Assembly: GCA_041665325.1 (NCBI GenBank)
Contig: JBAYJB010000001.1
Span: 162,817-226,816, forward strand
Reading direction: 5' to 3'
DNA length: 64,000 bases
Source of the DNA: Minisyncoccota bacterium
GTDB lineage: Bacteria > Patescibacteriota > Minisyncoccia > Phycocordibacterales > PALSA-1337
Of this stretch, positions 9,762-18,385 are shown in pieces. The notes beneath the pieces are model-generated. The model was given only the letters and a program-made list of their open reading frames with translations, was not told the origin of the DNA and ran no database searches. The position numbers and the translations under genes are program-made. Within the stretch, counting starts at the first letter, position 1. Each line of letters opens with the position of its first letter.

Positions 9762-10709
9762 TTACAAAACTCCTATTTTTTCCTTCACCTCACGTAATTT
9801 GGCCGCCGCCACTTTATTTGCTCTCTCTGCCCCGTCCCTTAATATCTCCAAAACCTTATTCTCATCCTTCGCCAGTTCAGCACGCCTCTCACGCATCGGT
9901 TTGACGAATGCATCGATGTCTTCGATCAATGCTTCTTTGAGAACTTTGTATTTGCCTTTGTTGGCATCATAAAGTGCCCTCAACTCGGCCTCGCTCTTAA
10001 ATAGTCTGTGAATATTGTAAACATTGGCCGGGCGCTCACCGCTTGAATCAGTCACTATTCCCATGACTTGTTTTGTGATCTCCTCGCGCGTGGCAAACAA
10101 CGGGATGGTGTTGTTGTAGCTCTTGGACATCTTCTGACCATCGATACCTGGCACGCTGGCAACATCCTCGAGGATGAGCGGCTCCGGCAACTTGAAAGTC
10201 ACCCCAAAGGCGTGATTGAACTTCTGGGCGATGTCGCGGGCATATTCGATATGTTGTTTCTGATCGTGACCGACCGGGACGACATCCGTTCCATACAGCA
10301 AGATATCCGCCGCCATCAAGACAGGATAGTTGAATGTGCCGACATTGATCTCCTTGCTCTTGGCCTCGGCGTCCTTGTACGCATGCGCGCGCATGAGGTA
10401 CGGCATGGTCACGATGGTATCGAAGATCCATGCAAGCTCGGTGTGGGCCGAGACATCGGACTGCTTGAATAGCACGGCCTTCTTAGAATCAATTCCAATC
10501 GCAAGATAATCAATAGCCAGATCTAACGACAGTCGTTTCATTTCTTCCTTATTCTGAATGAAATTGAGGCCGTGATAGTCGGCGATAAAGAAAAAACAAT
10601 CATAGTCGCCCTTATTCAAAAGCTCCACGAATTGCTTCATGGCGCCAAAATAGTTGCCGATATGAGGTCGGCCAGTCGGTTTGACGCCGGAGAGGAGGGT
10701 TTTGGTCAT
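9762..10709 (-). CDS. trpS: Tryptophanyl-tRNA synthetase
   Basis: GVKPTGRPHIGNYFGA (HIGH region), KMSKSYNNTI (KMSKS). 315 aa, class I TrpRS. Confidence 0.9.
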   Translation of the reverse strand: MTKTLLSGVKPTGRPHIGNYFGAMKQFVELLNKGDYDCFFFIADYHGLNFIQNKEEMKRLSLDLAIDYLAIGIDSKKAVLFKQSDVSAHTELAWIFDTIVTMPYLMRAHAYKDAEAKSKEINVGTFNYPVLMAADILLYGTDVVPVGHDQKQHIEYARDIAQKFNHAFGVTFKLPEPLILEDVASVPGIDGQKMSKSYNNTIPLFATREEITKQVMGIVTDSSGERPANVYNIHRLFKSEAELRALYDANKGKYKVLKEALIEDIDAFVKPMRERRAELAKDENKVLEILRDGAERANKVAAAKLREVKEKIGVL

Positions 10710-10749
10710 GAATAGAATAATAGCAAGAAATATGGGGTTTCTATAGAGG

Positions 10750-10778
10750 TTGACACTCGGTTTTTATTATATTATAAT
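10750..10778 (+). promoter_or_regulatory. Perfect-consensus sigma70 promoter (TTGACA-N17-TATAAT)
   Basis: ggTTGACActcggtttttattatatTATAATtg. Drives the hypothetical gene at 10826. Confidence 0.55.
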
Positions 10779-10825
10779 TGTGGACGAACCGGTGTGGAAG
10801 CACACCTCAACAAAAACAACCAGAA

Positions 10826-11248
10826 ATGGAGGCCCGGAAACGGGTTCAGTACATGCAAAAATCAAATATCGTTAAGGAGTTCGTTCGTGGTTCGGAAAAT
10901 ATCAACCGGATGCGCCAAGAAATCGCCACGGTGATCGGACCGCTCGTTTATTACACGAGTAAGTATTGCGAAAGGACTCCAAAGGAGTTCAGAATCGAAG
11001 GACATTACGGGACATGGGAAATCCACACATCGTTAGGTTTGAACTGGATTATTTGGTATCAGCGCCGGCAGGACGGCTTCTGGATCTTCAAATCGAACTT
11101 CCTGAAGGATGTCACATCCATCAAGGGATATAATGCCAAGGTCGTCCACGAAGATCTGGACCGCCTTATGGAGGGCCTGTTCGAAAGATATCCGGATCTG
11201 CGGAAATACCTCGAATTCATGTTCGAAGCCGCCAAGGTGACCTTCTGA
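10826..11248 (+). CDS. Hypothetical protein (start at MEARKR, or alternatively MQKSN at 10853)
   Basis: The ORF-track ORF 10778..11248 begins inside the promoter, so the first plausible ATG is 10826. Flanked by a consensus promoter and a terminator. No recognisable domain. Confidence 0.5.
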   Translation: MEARKRVQYMQKSNIVKEFVRGSENINRMRQEIATVIGPLVYYTSKYCERTPKEFRIEGHYGTWEIHTSLGLNWIIWYQRRQDGFWIFKSNFLKDVTSIKGYNAKVVHEDLDRLMEGLFERYPDLRKYLEFMFEAAKVTF

Positions 11249-11254
11249 CATTCA

Positions 11255-11300
11255 ACCCGCCCGCGCACAGAGAACCTGCTGCGGTGCGGGTTTTCTTTTT
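11255..11300 (+). terminator. Rho-independent terminator after ORF 10826..11248
   Basis: AACCCGCCCGCGCACAG...CTGCTGCGGTGCGGGTT imperfect long hairpin followed by TTTTCTTTTT. Confidence 0.45.
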
Positions 11301-12204
11301 ACACCCCCTCTCCTTTCAATTCATCAACAAGGCGCTGGGCATTCTTGGACAGTTTCTTGGGCATGACCACGTGAGTGACGATCAGGAGGTCGCCGCGCTT
11401 TTCGCGAGTGCCAAAACCGCCGCTCTCGTACGGCACGCCCCTTCCTTTGACGCGCAGGATCTCGCCGTGTGAAGTGCCGGCCGGGACCTTGAGCTCGATC
11501 TTGCCGTCTAGCGTCTCGACTTCTATAGTGCCTCCGCCAAGAGCCAGTGTGAGCTTGATCGGCAACTCCATGATGAGGTTGAGTCCTTCCTTGCGGAATA
11601 CCGGATGCTCCTCGACCCAGACACGCACGATGAGGTCGCCTGGACCGCCTTCGCCGGCTTCACCCTTCTCCGCGATGCGCAGGCCCTGCCCGCTCTCTAT
11701 GCCTGCCGGGATCTTCAGACTGAACTTCTCCTTGTATCCACCGACCGCGAGCTCGCGTTCCACGCCGAAGATAGAGTCCTTGAATGAGATCTTGAGGTCC
11801 ACCGTGACATTCCTGCCCTTCCTTGGACGCCTGCGGCCTCCGCCACCGAAGAACTCACCGAAGATGTCACCCAGGTCGAACTCTACCCCGCCTTGGCCGT
11901 TGGCACGCGTAAATTGCGAGAAGTCGAAGCCTGCAAAGTCATTCGGATTGAAGCCGCCGCCGAAGCCTCCAGCTCCCGGGTTGAACCCAGCCCCAGCCGA
12001 ACCGAAGGTATCATATTGCTTGCGCTTGTTGTCATCCGACAATGTCGAATAGGCCTCACTGGCTTCTTTGAACTTTTGGGCCGAAGCGGGGTCGTTCTTA
12101 TTCTTGTCCGGATGATGCTCGTGCGCCAGCTTGCGGAACGCTTTCTTGATGTCGTCCTTCGAGGCGCCCTTATCGACCCCCAGAGTTTTGTAGTAATCTT
12201 TCAT
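11299..12204 (-). CDS. dnaJ: DnaJ-family co-chaperone lacking the Cys-rich zinc-finger region (CbpA/type II-like)
   Basis: J domain DYYKTLGVDKGASKDDIKKAFRKLAHEHHPDKN with HPD motif. G/F-rich linker. C-terminal beta-sandwich domains. No CxxCxGxG repeats. Confidence 0.8.
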   Translation of the reverse strand: MKDYYKTLGVDKGASKDDIKKAFRKLAHEHHPDKNKNDPASAQKFKEASEAYSTLSDDNKRKQYDTFGSAGAGFNPGAGGFGGGFNPNDFAGFDFSQFTRANGQGGVEFDLGDIFGEFFGGGGRRRPRKGRNVTVDLKISFKDSIFGVERELAVGGYKEKFSLKIPAGIESGQGLRIAEKGEAGEGGPGDLIVRVWVEEHPVFRKEGLNLIMELPIKLTLALGGGTIEVETLDGKIELKVPAGTSHGEILRVKGRGVPYESGGFGTREKRGDLLIVTHVVMPKKLSKNAQRLVDELKGEGV

Positions 12205-12206
12205 TA

Positions 12207-12235
12207 TTGACTTTTATGATAGCATATGTTACTAT
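12207..12235 (+). promoter_or_regulatory. Sigma70-like promoter TTGACT-N17-TACTAT for ORF 12299
   Basis: taTTGACTtttatgatagcatatgtTACTATgtaac. An SD-like aagga sits 7 nt before ATG 12299. Confidence 0.45.
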
Positions 12236-12298
12236 GTAACTCAACCTATCTTAGGTCCTTCACATAACGTTACGCAACATCCAAACTAAGGAAACACC

Positions 12299-12793
12299 AT
12301 GGAACCTCGTTCCAACAGCGTGCTCGTCATCCAGACAAGCACTCCCATGACAGTCAAAGAGACACTCAGCCCGCTTACACGCAACACTCACTATGAGTTC
12401 TTCCAACGCTGGAGCAGTGAGGTCCAGGGGCGGATCCATCCCGAGACCCCGTTGCTCGTGCTGACTTCTCACACGGCGACGGTCAATCCGTTCGAGATCG
12501 CTCGAGAGGTCAAGAGCATCAACCGCTGGGCGGTCGTAGTCGCCTATACCGGCAACTACATCACCCCAGATCAGTTGAAAGGCTCCTACATCGACGCCCT
12601 GCTCTACAAGCTCGGCCTGAAAAAGGGCTTTGAAGTTCGTCTCATCGAGGCCTTCCTCACAGAGGCGTTGAACTGGAACGAACGGCACCTGGCCGGGCCC
12701 GACAGCTCGCGCGAGCGGCTCATCCGGATGATCAACGAAACCAATCGGGAGTCACCACTCTGGCCTCCCAATTTGGGTCGCCAGCAGTCCTGA
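12299..12793 (+). CDS. Hypothetical protein encoded between dnaJ and dnaK on the opposite strand
   Basis: 164 aa with promoter, RBS and downstream terminator. No recognisable domain. Confidence 0.5.
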   Translation: MEPRSNSVLVIQTSTPMTVKETLSPLTRNTHYEFFQRWSSEVQGRIHPETPLLVLTSHTATVNPFEIAREVKSINRWAVVVAYTGNYITPDQLKGSYIDALLYKLGLKKGFEVRLIEAFLTEALNWNERHLAGPDSSRERLIRMINETNRESPLWPPNLGRQQS

Positions 12794-12811
12794 CGGTTTC
12801 TTCTCAAGGGC

Positions 12812-12872
12812 CCTCGTCCGCTTCCCCGAACTTCGGTTCAGGGTGGCGGCGAGGGTCTTTTTTATTATCTGA
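12812..12872 (+). terminator. Rho-independent terminator after ORF 12299..12793
   Basis: CCCTCGTCCGC...GCGGCGAGGG hairpin followed by TCTTTTTTATT. Confidence 0.45.
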
Positions 12873-12882
12873 TTTTGATGTA

Positions 12883-14802
12883 CTACTTCTTTTCCTTGAA
12901 CTCCGCATCTTTGACATTGTCAGCACCTCCCTCCGGTCCTTTACCATCAGTCTTCCCCTGCCCCGCTGCAGCATCAGCCGGTGGCGTCTGATTCATATAC
13001 TGCCCGATCTTCTGGATCTCACCGGATAGAGCTTCGGTGGCTGTCTTGATGGCCGCCATGTCAGGCACAGCAGCATCTTTGGCGGCCTTGAGAGTGGCAA
13101 TCTTGTCCTCGATAGACTTCTTGAGGTCGGCCGGCACCTTGTCGCCGGCTTCCTTGAGTGCCTTCTCCGAAGTGTAGGCGAGTTGTTCGGCAATATTTTT
13201 GACCTCAATCATCTCTTTCTTCTGTTTGTCTTCGGCCTCATGCGTCGCGGCTTCGGCCTTCATCTTCTCGACCTCTTCCTTGGACAAACCGGAAGAAGCC
13301 GTGATCTTGATGGAGTTGGCCTTGCCTGTCGCCTTGTTCTTGGCGGTGACGCTCAAGATACCGTTAGCGTCGATGTCGAAAGTGACCTCGATTTGCGGCA
13401 TGCCGCGCGGTGACGGTGGGATGCCATCGAGGATGAAGCGGCCCAATGATTTATTATCAGCAGACAATGCCCTTTCGCCCTGAGTGATGTGGATCTCCAC
13501 CGACGACTGATTGTCAGACGCGGTCGAGAAGATCTGCGAACGCTGGGTCGGCACGGTCGTATTCTTGTCTATGAGCTTCGTAGCTACACCGCCCATAGTT
13601 TCGATGCCGAGCGAAAGCGGGATGACATCCAGAAGGAGCACATCTTTCACATCTCCTCCTAGGATGCCCCCTTGAATGGCGGCACCGACGGCCACGACCT
13701 CGTCCGGGTTGACGCCCATGTGCGGATCTCTGCCGAAGAACTTCTTGACAGCTTCCTGGAGGGCCGGCATGCGCGTCTGGCCGCCGACTAGGACGACCTC
13801 ATTGATCTCGCCGACCTTGAATGGCGAAGCGTCCATAGCGCGCTTGGTGATCAACATGGCACGATCGATGAACTCGGCGGTCATCTCCTCGAGCTTGGCG
13901 CGAGTGAGCGTGACTAGGAGGTGCTTCGGTCCGTCAGCGCCGGAAGTCACAAATGGGATATTGATCTCGGTCTGGGCCGCCGTCGAAAGCTCGATCTTGG
14001 CCTTCTCAGCTGATTCATCGAGACGCTGGAGAGCCAACGGATCGGCCTTGAGATCGATGCCGTTCTCCTTCTTGAATGTATCCGCAAGCCAAGCGACGAT
14101 CTTGGCGTCGATGTCGCGCCCGCCGAGGTGAGAGTCGCCGTCGGTGGATTTGACCTCGATAGAATTCTCACCGTCAGAGTTAGCGACTTCGAGCACGGAT
14201 ATGTCGAATGTACCGCCGCCGAAGTCGAAGACTGCGATCTTCTCATTCTTCTTCTTGTTGAAGCCGTACGCGAGGGCCGCGGCCGTCGGCTCGTTGATGA
14301 TGCGCTTGACGTCGAGCCCGGCGATCTTGCCGGCGTCCTTGGTGGCCTGGCGCTGGCTATCGTTGAAGTAGGCCGGGACAGTGATGACCGCCTCGGTGAT
14401 CTTCTCGCCCAGGCGCGCTTCGGCATCGGTCTTGAGCTTGGTCAGGATCATGGCCGAAACCTCCTCGGGGCGCATCCATTTGCCGGACATGTTGACCTCT
14501 ATACCGCCGTTCGCGGCTTTGCGGACTTCGAAGGAGACATTCTTGATGTCTTTCTGCACGCTCTCCTCGTCAAAGGTATGGCCCATGAAGCGCTTGATCT
14601 GGAAGATCGTATTCTTGGGATTGGTCACAGCCTGGCGCTTGGCCAAGAGGCCGACCAGACGCTCGCCGGTCTTGGATTGGGCGACGATCGACGGGGTCGT
14701 GCGCGCGCCTTCGGCGTTCTCCAGGACCCTGGGACTACCGGCTTCCATGACGGCTACCGCCGAGAAAGTCGTGCCGAGGTCTATTCCGATGATCTTAGAC
14801 AT
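12883..14802 (-). CDS. dnaK: Molecular chaperone DnaK (Hsp70)
   Basis: [32 protein letters not shown] and the other Hsp70 signatures. 639 aa. Confidence 0.95.
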   Translation of the reverse strand: MSKIIGIDLGTTFSAVAVMEAGSPRVLENAEGARTTPSIVAQSKTGERLVGLLAKRQAVTNPKNTIFQIKRFMGHTFDEESVQKDIKNVSFEVRKAANGGIEVNMSGKWMRPEEVSAMILTKLKTDAEARLGEKITEAVITVPAYFNDSQRQATKDAGKIAGLDVKRIINEPTAAALAYGFNKKKNEKIAVFDFGGGTFDISVLEVANSDGENSIEVKSTDGDSHLGGRDIDAKIVAWLADTFKKENGIDLKADPLALQRLDESAEKAKIELSTAAQTEINIPFVTSGADGPKHLLVTLTRAKLEEMTAEFIDRAMLITKRAMDASPFKVGEINEVVLVGGQTRMPALQEAVKKFFGRDPHMGVNPDEVVAVGAAIQGGILGGDVKDVLLLDVIPLSLGIETMGGVATKLIDKNTTVPTQRSQIFSTASDNQSSVEIHITQGERALSADNKSLGRFILDGIPPSPRGMPQIEVTFDIDANGILSVTAKNKATGKANSIKITASSGLSKEEVEKMKAEAATHEAEDKQKKEMIEVKNIAEQLAYTSEKALKEAGDKVPADLKKSIEDKIATLKAAKDAAVPDMAAIKTATEALSGEIQKIGQYMNQTPPADAAAGQGKTDGKGPEGGADNVKDAEFKEKK

Positions 14803-14943
14803 ATATTTATATGTTAGTTTATTTTAATATTGACAAACCATGATTAAACATGTTATTCTAGCACTTAACCTTCCTATGCTTATTTCATTAGACATTCCAT
14901 GTCTATAGGTTGAAGCAATGCTGTTCCTTACACCTCACACGAT

Positions 14944-15249
14944 ATGAACTCACCCCTGTTCTACTGCATCTCGTTTGTTTTTTTCTGCCTGATCTTCCTC
15001 GAGGAATGCTGGGCCAGAATCAAGGATCGGGACATGGCCACTTGGATCATTCTCTCCCTGCTATGGGGAGTCTTCCTCACCCGCGAGAGCTTCTTCCCGT
15101 TCTTCTACCTGACCACACCCTTCGTGGCCGCAGCGCTGGGATTGTTCAGTGCAGAATTCCTGCAGATCCCGATCAATGTTTTCCTCGAATGGCACAACAA
15201 AGTCGGGAAAGAACATTTTCAATGGTGGTCCGGCGGCAGTTTGAACTGA
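14944..15249 (+). CDS. Small hypothetical membrane protein
   Basis: 101 aa with 3 predicted TM segments. Possible promoter TTGACA(14831)-N18-tattct upstream. Terminator hairpin immediately downstream. Confidence 0.4.
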   Translation: MNSPLFYCISFVFFCLIFLEECWARIKDRDMATWIILSLLWGVFLTRESFFPFFYLTTPFVAAALGLFSAEFLQIPINVFLEWHNKVGKEHFQWWSGGSLN

Positions 15250-15271
15250 CCGATCCACCTCGCTCTTACGC

Positions 15272-15303
15272 AAAGCCCGCGCTTCACAGCCGGGCTTTTT
15301 ATT
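15272..15303 (+). terminator. Rho-independent terminator
   Basis: AAAGCCCG-cgcttcacagc-CGGGCTTT followed by TTATTT. Confidence 0.4.
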
Positions 15304-15598
15304 TGGATGGTGCGCGCGTCGGTTGGCTAGAAAGTAAATATTCTAGGGAGAAATATGGCGAAGCGACAGGAGTAAAAGACGGGGCGTATTCGGTTTCGGT
15401 CTTGTTTTCGGGAGTAAGGGCTGGCAGGCATGCGACGCATTCGGATCGGAATGTCCGGATGACTGGTTCGGCCGAGACTAGGCGTCCCTTCACTTCCCCA
15501 TCTACGAGTGCAACAAAGAAAACCAGCTTGAATTGTCGGCCGGCCAGATCGGTGAAGACCTTTTCGACGAATCTGGAATTGACGTAGGGGGTGAGCAT
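15299..15598 (-). CDS. Hypothetical protein (low confidence)
   Basis: 99-aa ORF with no recognisable signals. It overlaps a + strand ORF in a GC-rich stretch. Confidence 0.2.
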   Translation of the reverse strand: MLTPYVNSRFVEKVFTDLAGRQFKLVFFVALVDGEVKGRLVSAEPVIRTFRSECVACLPALTPENKTETEYAPSFTPVASPYFSLEYLLSSQPTRAPSK

Positions 15599-15731
15599 TA
15601 GGGAGCCATTATAACAGGCCTGGGGATAAGTTCAAGTTTTGAGGTTGACATGATACGATTAATACGTTACTCTGTAATGAGCATTTTTCCAACCTAGTTC
15701 AAACCCCAGTTCAAAAAGGAGGAACCTTACC

Positions 15732-15881
15732 ATGACTGTTATGGGACATGCCATATTGCTTCTGTTGGATTCCATAAGGAAAATGAAGTTCATCCAGATC
15801 ACACTGTCGGTGATGATGTTGGTGCTTATGGGCATCCTGATCCCCCTCACTTATGTAGTCGGATCGACACGGAAGCCATGA
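15732..15881 (+). CDS. 49-aa hydrophobic peptide with canonical Shine-Dalgarno (not in the ORF track because it is under 60 aa)
   Basis: AAAGGAGG at 15714-15722, 9 nt before ATG 15732. Translation is MTVMGHAILLLLDSIRKMKFIQITLSVMMLVLMGILIPLTYVVGSTRKP. Terminator hairpin directly downstream. Confidence 0.35.
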   Translation: MTVMGHAILLLLDSIRKMKFIQITLSVMMLVLMGILIPLTYVVGSTRKP

Positions 15882-15901
15882 TTCACCGACTGTTCTCGAG
15901 C

Positions 15902-15933
15902 GCCGCGACACTGCATCGCGGCCTCTTTTTTTA
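15902..15933 (+). terminator. Rho-independent terminator (GCCGCGA-cactgca-TCGCGGC + CTCTTTTTTT) overlapping the grpE stop
   Basis: Perfect 7-bp stem followed by a T8 run on the + strand, and preceded by an A-run on the other strand. Confidence 0.5.
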
Positions 15934-16476
15934 TTTCTTATACTCCCCCACTCTCACCTTAGGCGGCCTCAAGGCTTTACCATTAAGTGAATAGCCCTTT
16001 TGTGTTACTGAGATGATCTGATGATGTTGTTTCTCGTCTACGACCGGCACGTATTCTGCAGCCTCATCGCGGTTCGGATCAAAGGCTTGGCCTGTTGGGT
16101 CGATCTCCTCGAGGCCGGCATCATTCAAGGCCTTCTTGAGCTGGCTCGCAATATACTCAACACCCTGGCGCCAATTCTTGTCTACTTTCTCCCATGCTTC
16201 CTTGTTGCCCATGGCTAGATCGAAGCTCTCAAGGACCGGGATGAGGCCTTCGATGAGGCGCTCGTTGGCAAACTTGGTGAACTCCGCCCGATCGGCGTCG
16301 TCGCGCTTACGGGCATTGATGAGGTCGGCCTTGGCTCTCTGCCAGCCGGTCAGGTACTCCATCTTCTCCGTCTCGGCCTGCTTGAGCTTTTCGCGGAGCT
16401 TCTTCACAGCTTCCGCGGCATTCTCCTCGGCTACGACAGAATCGTCTAGCATGTCATCATTGGCGTTCTTATTCAT
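15931..16476 (-). CDS. grpE: Nucleotide exchange factor GrpE
   Basis: 181 aa. Coiled-coil N-terminus (KLREKLKQAETEKMEYLTGWQRAKADLINARKR) and C-terminal beta domain typical of GrpE. Confidence 0.9.
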   Translation of the reverse strand: MNKNANDDMLDDSVVAEENAAEAVKKLREKLKQAETEKMEYLTGWQRAKADLINARKRDDADRAEFTKFANERLIEGLIPVLESFDLAMGNKEAWEKVDKNWRQGVEYIASQLKKALNDAGLEEIDPTGQAFDPNRDEAAEYVPVVDEKQHHQIISVTQKGYSLNGKALRPPKVRVGEYKK

Positions 16477-16509
16477 GAATCAAAGTATACGTATGCGATG
16501 CGGTTTTGG

Positions 16510-16560
16510 CAAACAAAAAAGCCCCCGCAAGAGGTCCAATAGGGACTTTCTTGTGGGAGC
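16510..16560 (-). terminator. Rho-independent terminator downstream of ORF 16573..17001
   Basis: Minus-strand imperfect hairpin CCCACAAGAAAGTCCCTATTGGACCTCTTGCGGG followed by GGCTTTTTTGTTTG. Confidence 0.35.
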
Positions 16561-16572
16561 GGTGATGATTGT

Positions 16573-17001
16573 TTATTGTTTAAGATCGTAGGCCAGGAGC
16601 ATTTTCTGTTGCATTTGTGTAAGTGCGTACACAACCCATTCCTCCCAAAACCCATCCTCACCCTTGTTGTATTCACGAACAATCATGTGAGTGGGATAAA
16701 TTCCGTCATTTTTCTTGACGCACAATTTGAAGCCATGAATAAGGGACTGCCCTTTCGAAAATGTAACAGGTCTAAGACCAAGCTCCATTCCCCATAGCAA
16801 GTAATCACGACCCATGATGGAATGAAAAATATTATTTTCATCTTGATAGGCCTCATTCCCACTTAGAATATCTAGGCCCTCATCAATCTTAAGCTTAACT
16901 GAGACTTGGCTCCCAAACATGAAATCCAAGTTGCCCACAAATCGTTTCGAGTATGACAAACGATCTAGTGTCAGTCGAGCAATTTTGTTTATCGTATTCA
17001 T
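16573..17001 (-). CDS. Hypothetical protein in a visibly AT-rich segment
   Basis: 142 aa with no recognisable motif. Local GC is clearly lower than the flanks by eye. Own terminator. Confidence 0.45.
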   Translation of the reverse strand: MNTINKIARLTLDRLSYSKRFVGNLDFMFGSQVSVKLKIDEGLDILSGNEAYQDENNIFHSIMGRDYLLWGMELGLRPVTFSKGQSLIHGFKLCVKKNDGIYPTHMIVREYNKGEDGFWEEWVVYALTQMQQKMLLAYDLKQ

Positions 17002-17187
17002 TTTTCAAGGTGCGCAGTTTTACGTTCCACGCGAACGAGATGATTTGTTTCCGACTGGCATTCTTGGAGATTCTCCATTCTCCATATATCTCAAGGAATG
17101 AGACCTGACTTGACTTGACTTTTTAAACTTTAGCATTATTTGGACTATCTGTCAATACTACCCATTACAGCTATATAGGGCCGTATA

Positions 17188-17216
17188 CAAAAAACCCCCT
17201 TGCAGGGGCTTTTTGA
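17188..17216. terminator. Bidirectional rho-independent terminator downstream of rpsI
   Basis: aaaaaaCCCCCTTGCAGGGGGcttttt, a hairpin flanked by an A-run and a T-run. Confidence 0.5.
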
Positions 17217-17245
17217 TTCTGAGAGATGAATGTGAGTTCCAACTA

Positions 17246-17656
17246 TTAACGTTTTGACCACTGCGGAGACTTGCGAGCTTTCTTGCGGCCGAACTTGCGG
17301 CGTTCTTTAGCGCGGGCATCGCGCTTGAGGAAACCGGCTTTCTTGAGTTTGCCACGGAGCTCTATATCATAGACGAGGAGAGCGCGAGAGATGCCGTGAC
17401 GGAGCGCTTCAGCCTGGGAATTGATGCCACCACCGGAAAGTTTGGCAGAGACGAGGAATTTCTCGGCAGCCTTGGCCTCTTTGTGAGCGGACTCGGCCGA
17501 GATCTGCATCTCTCGCACCGGGAAATAAGCGGCCAACGTCTTGCCGTTGATCTCATAACCCATCTCCTTGGCCGGATAGAGGCGCACGCGAGCCACAGAG
17601 GTCTTGCGGCGGCCGACGGCTTCGAAATATTTGCCTGTCTTGGTAGCGATAGTCAT
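17246..17656 (-). CDS. rpsI: 30S ribosomal protein S9
   Basis: C-terminal GGGINSQAEALRHGISRAL...KKARKSPQWSKR matches the S9 signature (GGG.SGQAGAIRHGI.RAL). 136 aa. Confidence 0.9.
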   Translation of the reverse strand: MTIATKTGKYFEAVGRRKTSVARVRLYPAKEMGYEINGKTLAAYFPVREMQISAESAHKEAKAAEKFLVSAKLSGGGINSQAEALRHGISRALLVYDIELRGKLKKAGFLKRDARAKERRKFGRKKARKSPQWSKR

Positions 17657-17660
17657 GGGT

Positions 17661-18005
17661 TTATTCTTTGATGGTGAGGTTCTTCATGCGGATAGAACGA
17701 AGCTTGTTCGACGGAAGCATGCCGTAGATGGCGCGCTCGATGACTTCTCTCATGCCGCTCCTTGCGATGAGGTGGCCGAGGGTCTCCTTGTTGAGGCCGC
17801 CGCGATGGCCGGTGTAGGTCACATAGACATCCTTGAGCTTCTTTCTGGATGAGACATCAGCTTTCCCGACATTGATGACCTCTACCTTGTCTTCCAGGAC
17901 ATTGTTCCTAGTGAAGGCCGGGCTATGCTTGCCCGTGAGGAAAGCCGCTGCCTGGGAAGCTACGCGTCCGATCTTCTTGCCTTGTGCATCGATGGTGTGT
18001 TTCAT
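17661..18005 (-). CDS. rplM: 50S ribosomal protein L13 (start at internal MKHTIDAQ)
   Basis: KHTIDAQGKKIGRVASQAAAFLTGKH matches the L13 N-terminus. Directly followed by rpsI, as in the conserved rplM-rpsI operon. Confidence 0.9.
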   Translation of the reverse strand: MKHTIDAQGKKIGRVASQAAAFLTGKHSPAFTRNNVLEDKVEVINVGKADVSSRKKLKDVYVTYTGHRGGLNKETLGHLIARSGMREVIERAIYGMLPSNKLRSIRMKNLTIKE

Positions 18006-18012
18006 AATATAT

Positions 18013-18363
18013 TTAAACGAATTCAATCAGAGACATCGGGCTGCCGTCAAGGTCGCGGTTCGGCAGGCGCACGATGCGGATGTAGCCACCCTTGCGGTCC
18101 TTGTACTTCGGGGCGATGACATCGAAGAGCTTCTTGGTTTCGACCGGGCTGACGATCTTGGCATTGACCAGACGGCGCGAAGCGATCGTACCAATCTTGG
18201 CCCTAGTCACAAGCTTCTCCACATACGGGCGCAATTCTTTGGCTTTGGCGGTAGTCGTGCGGATGCGGCTATCACGGATCAGATTGCGAGCCAAAGAACG
18301 CATGAGAGCGATGCGTTGAGTCTTTTCTCTGCCAAATTTACGTACTGAAGAATGGTGTCTCAT
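18013..18363 (-). CDS. rplQ: 50S ribosomal protein L17
   Basis: MRHHSSVRKFGREKTQRIALMRSLARNLI is typical of L17. It is the last gene of the alpha operon. Confidence 0.9.
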   Translation of the reverse strand: MRHHSSVRKFGREKTQRIALMRSLARNLIRDSRIRTTTAKAKELRPYVEKLVTRAKIGTIASRRLVNAKIVSPVETKKLFDVIAPKYKDRKGGYIRIVRLPNRDLDGSPMSLIEFV

Positions 18364-18385
18364 GGTGGCGTCCTAACGGATGTTA

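Noticed and set aside
14803-16572. Searched for a CIRCE element (TTAGCACTC-N9-GAGTGCTAA) and an hrcA gene near grpE/dnaK
   Set aside because: There are only partial matches (for example TTAAGTGCTAG upstream of dnaK) and no inverted-repeat pair, and no HrcA-like ORF. Not called.
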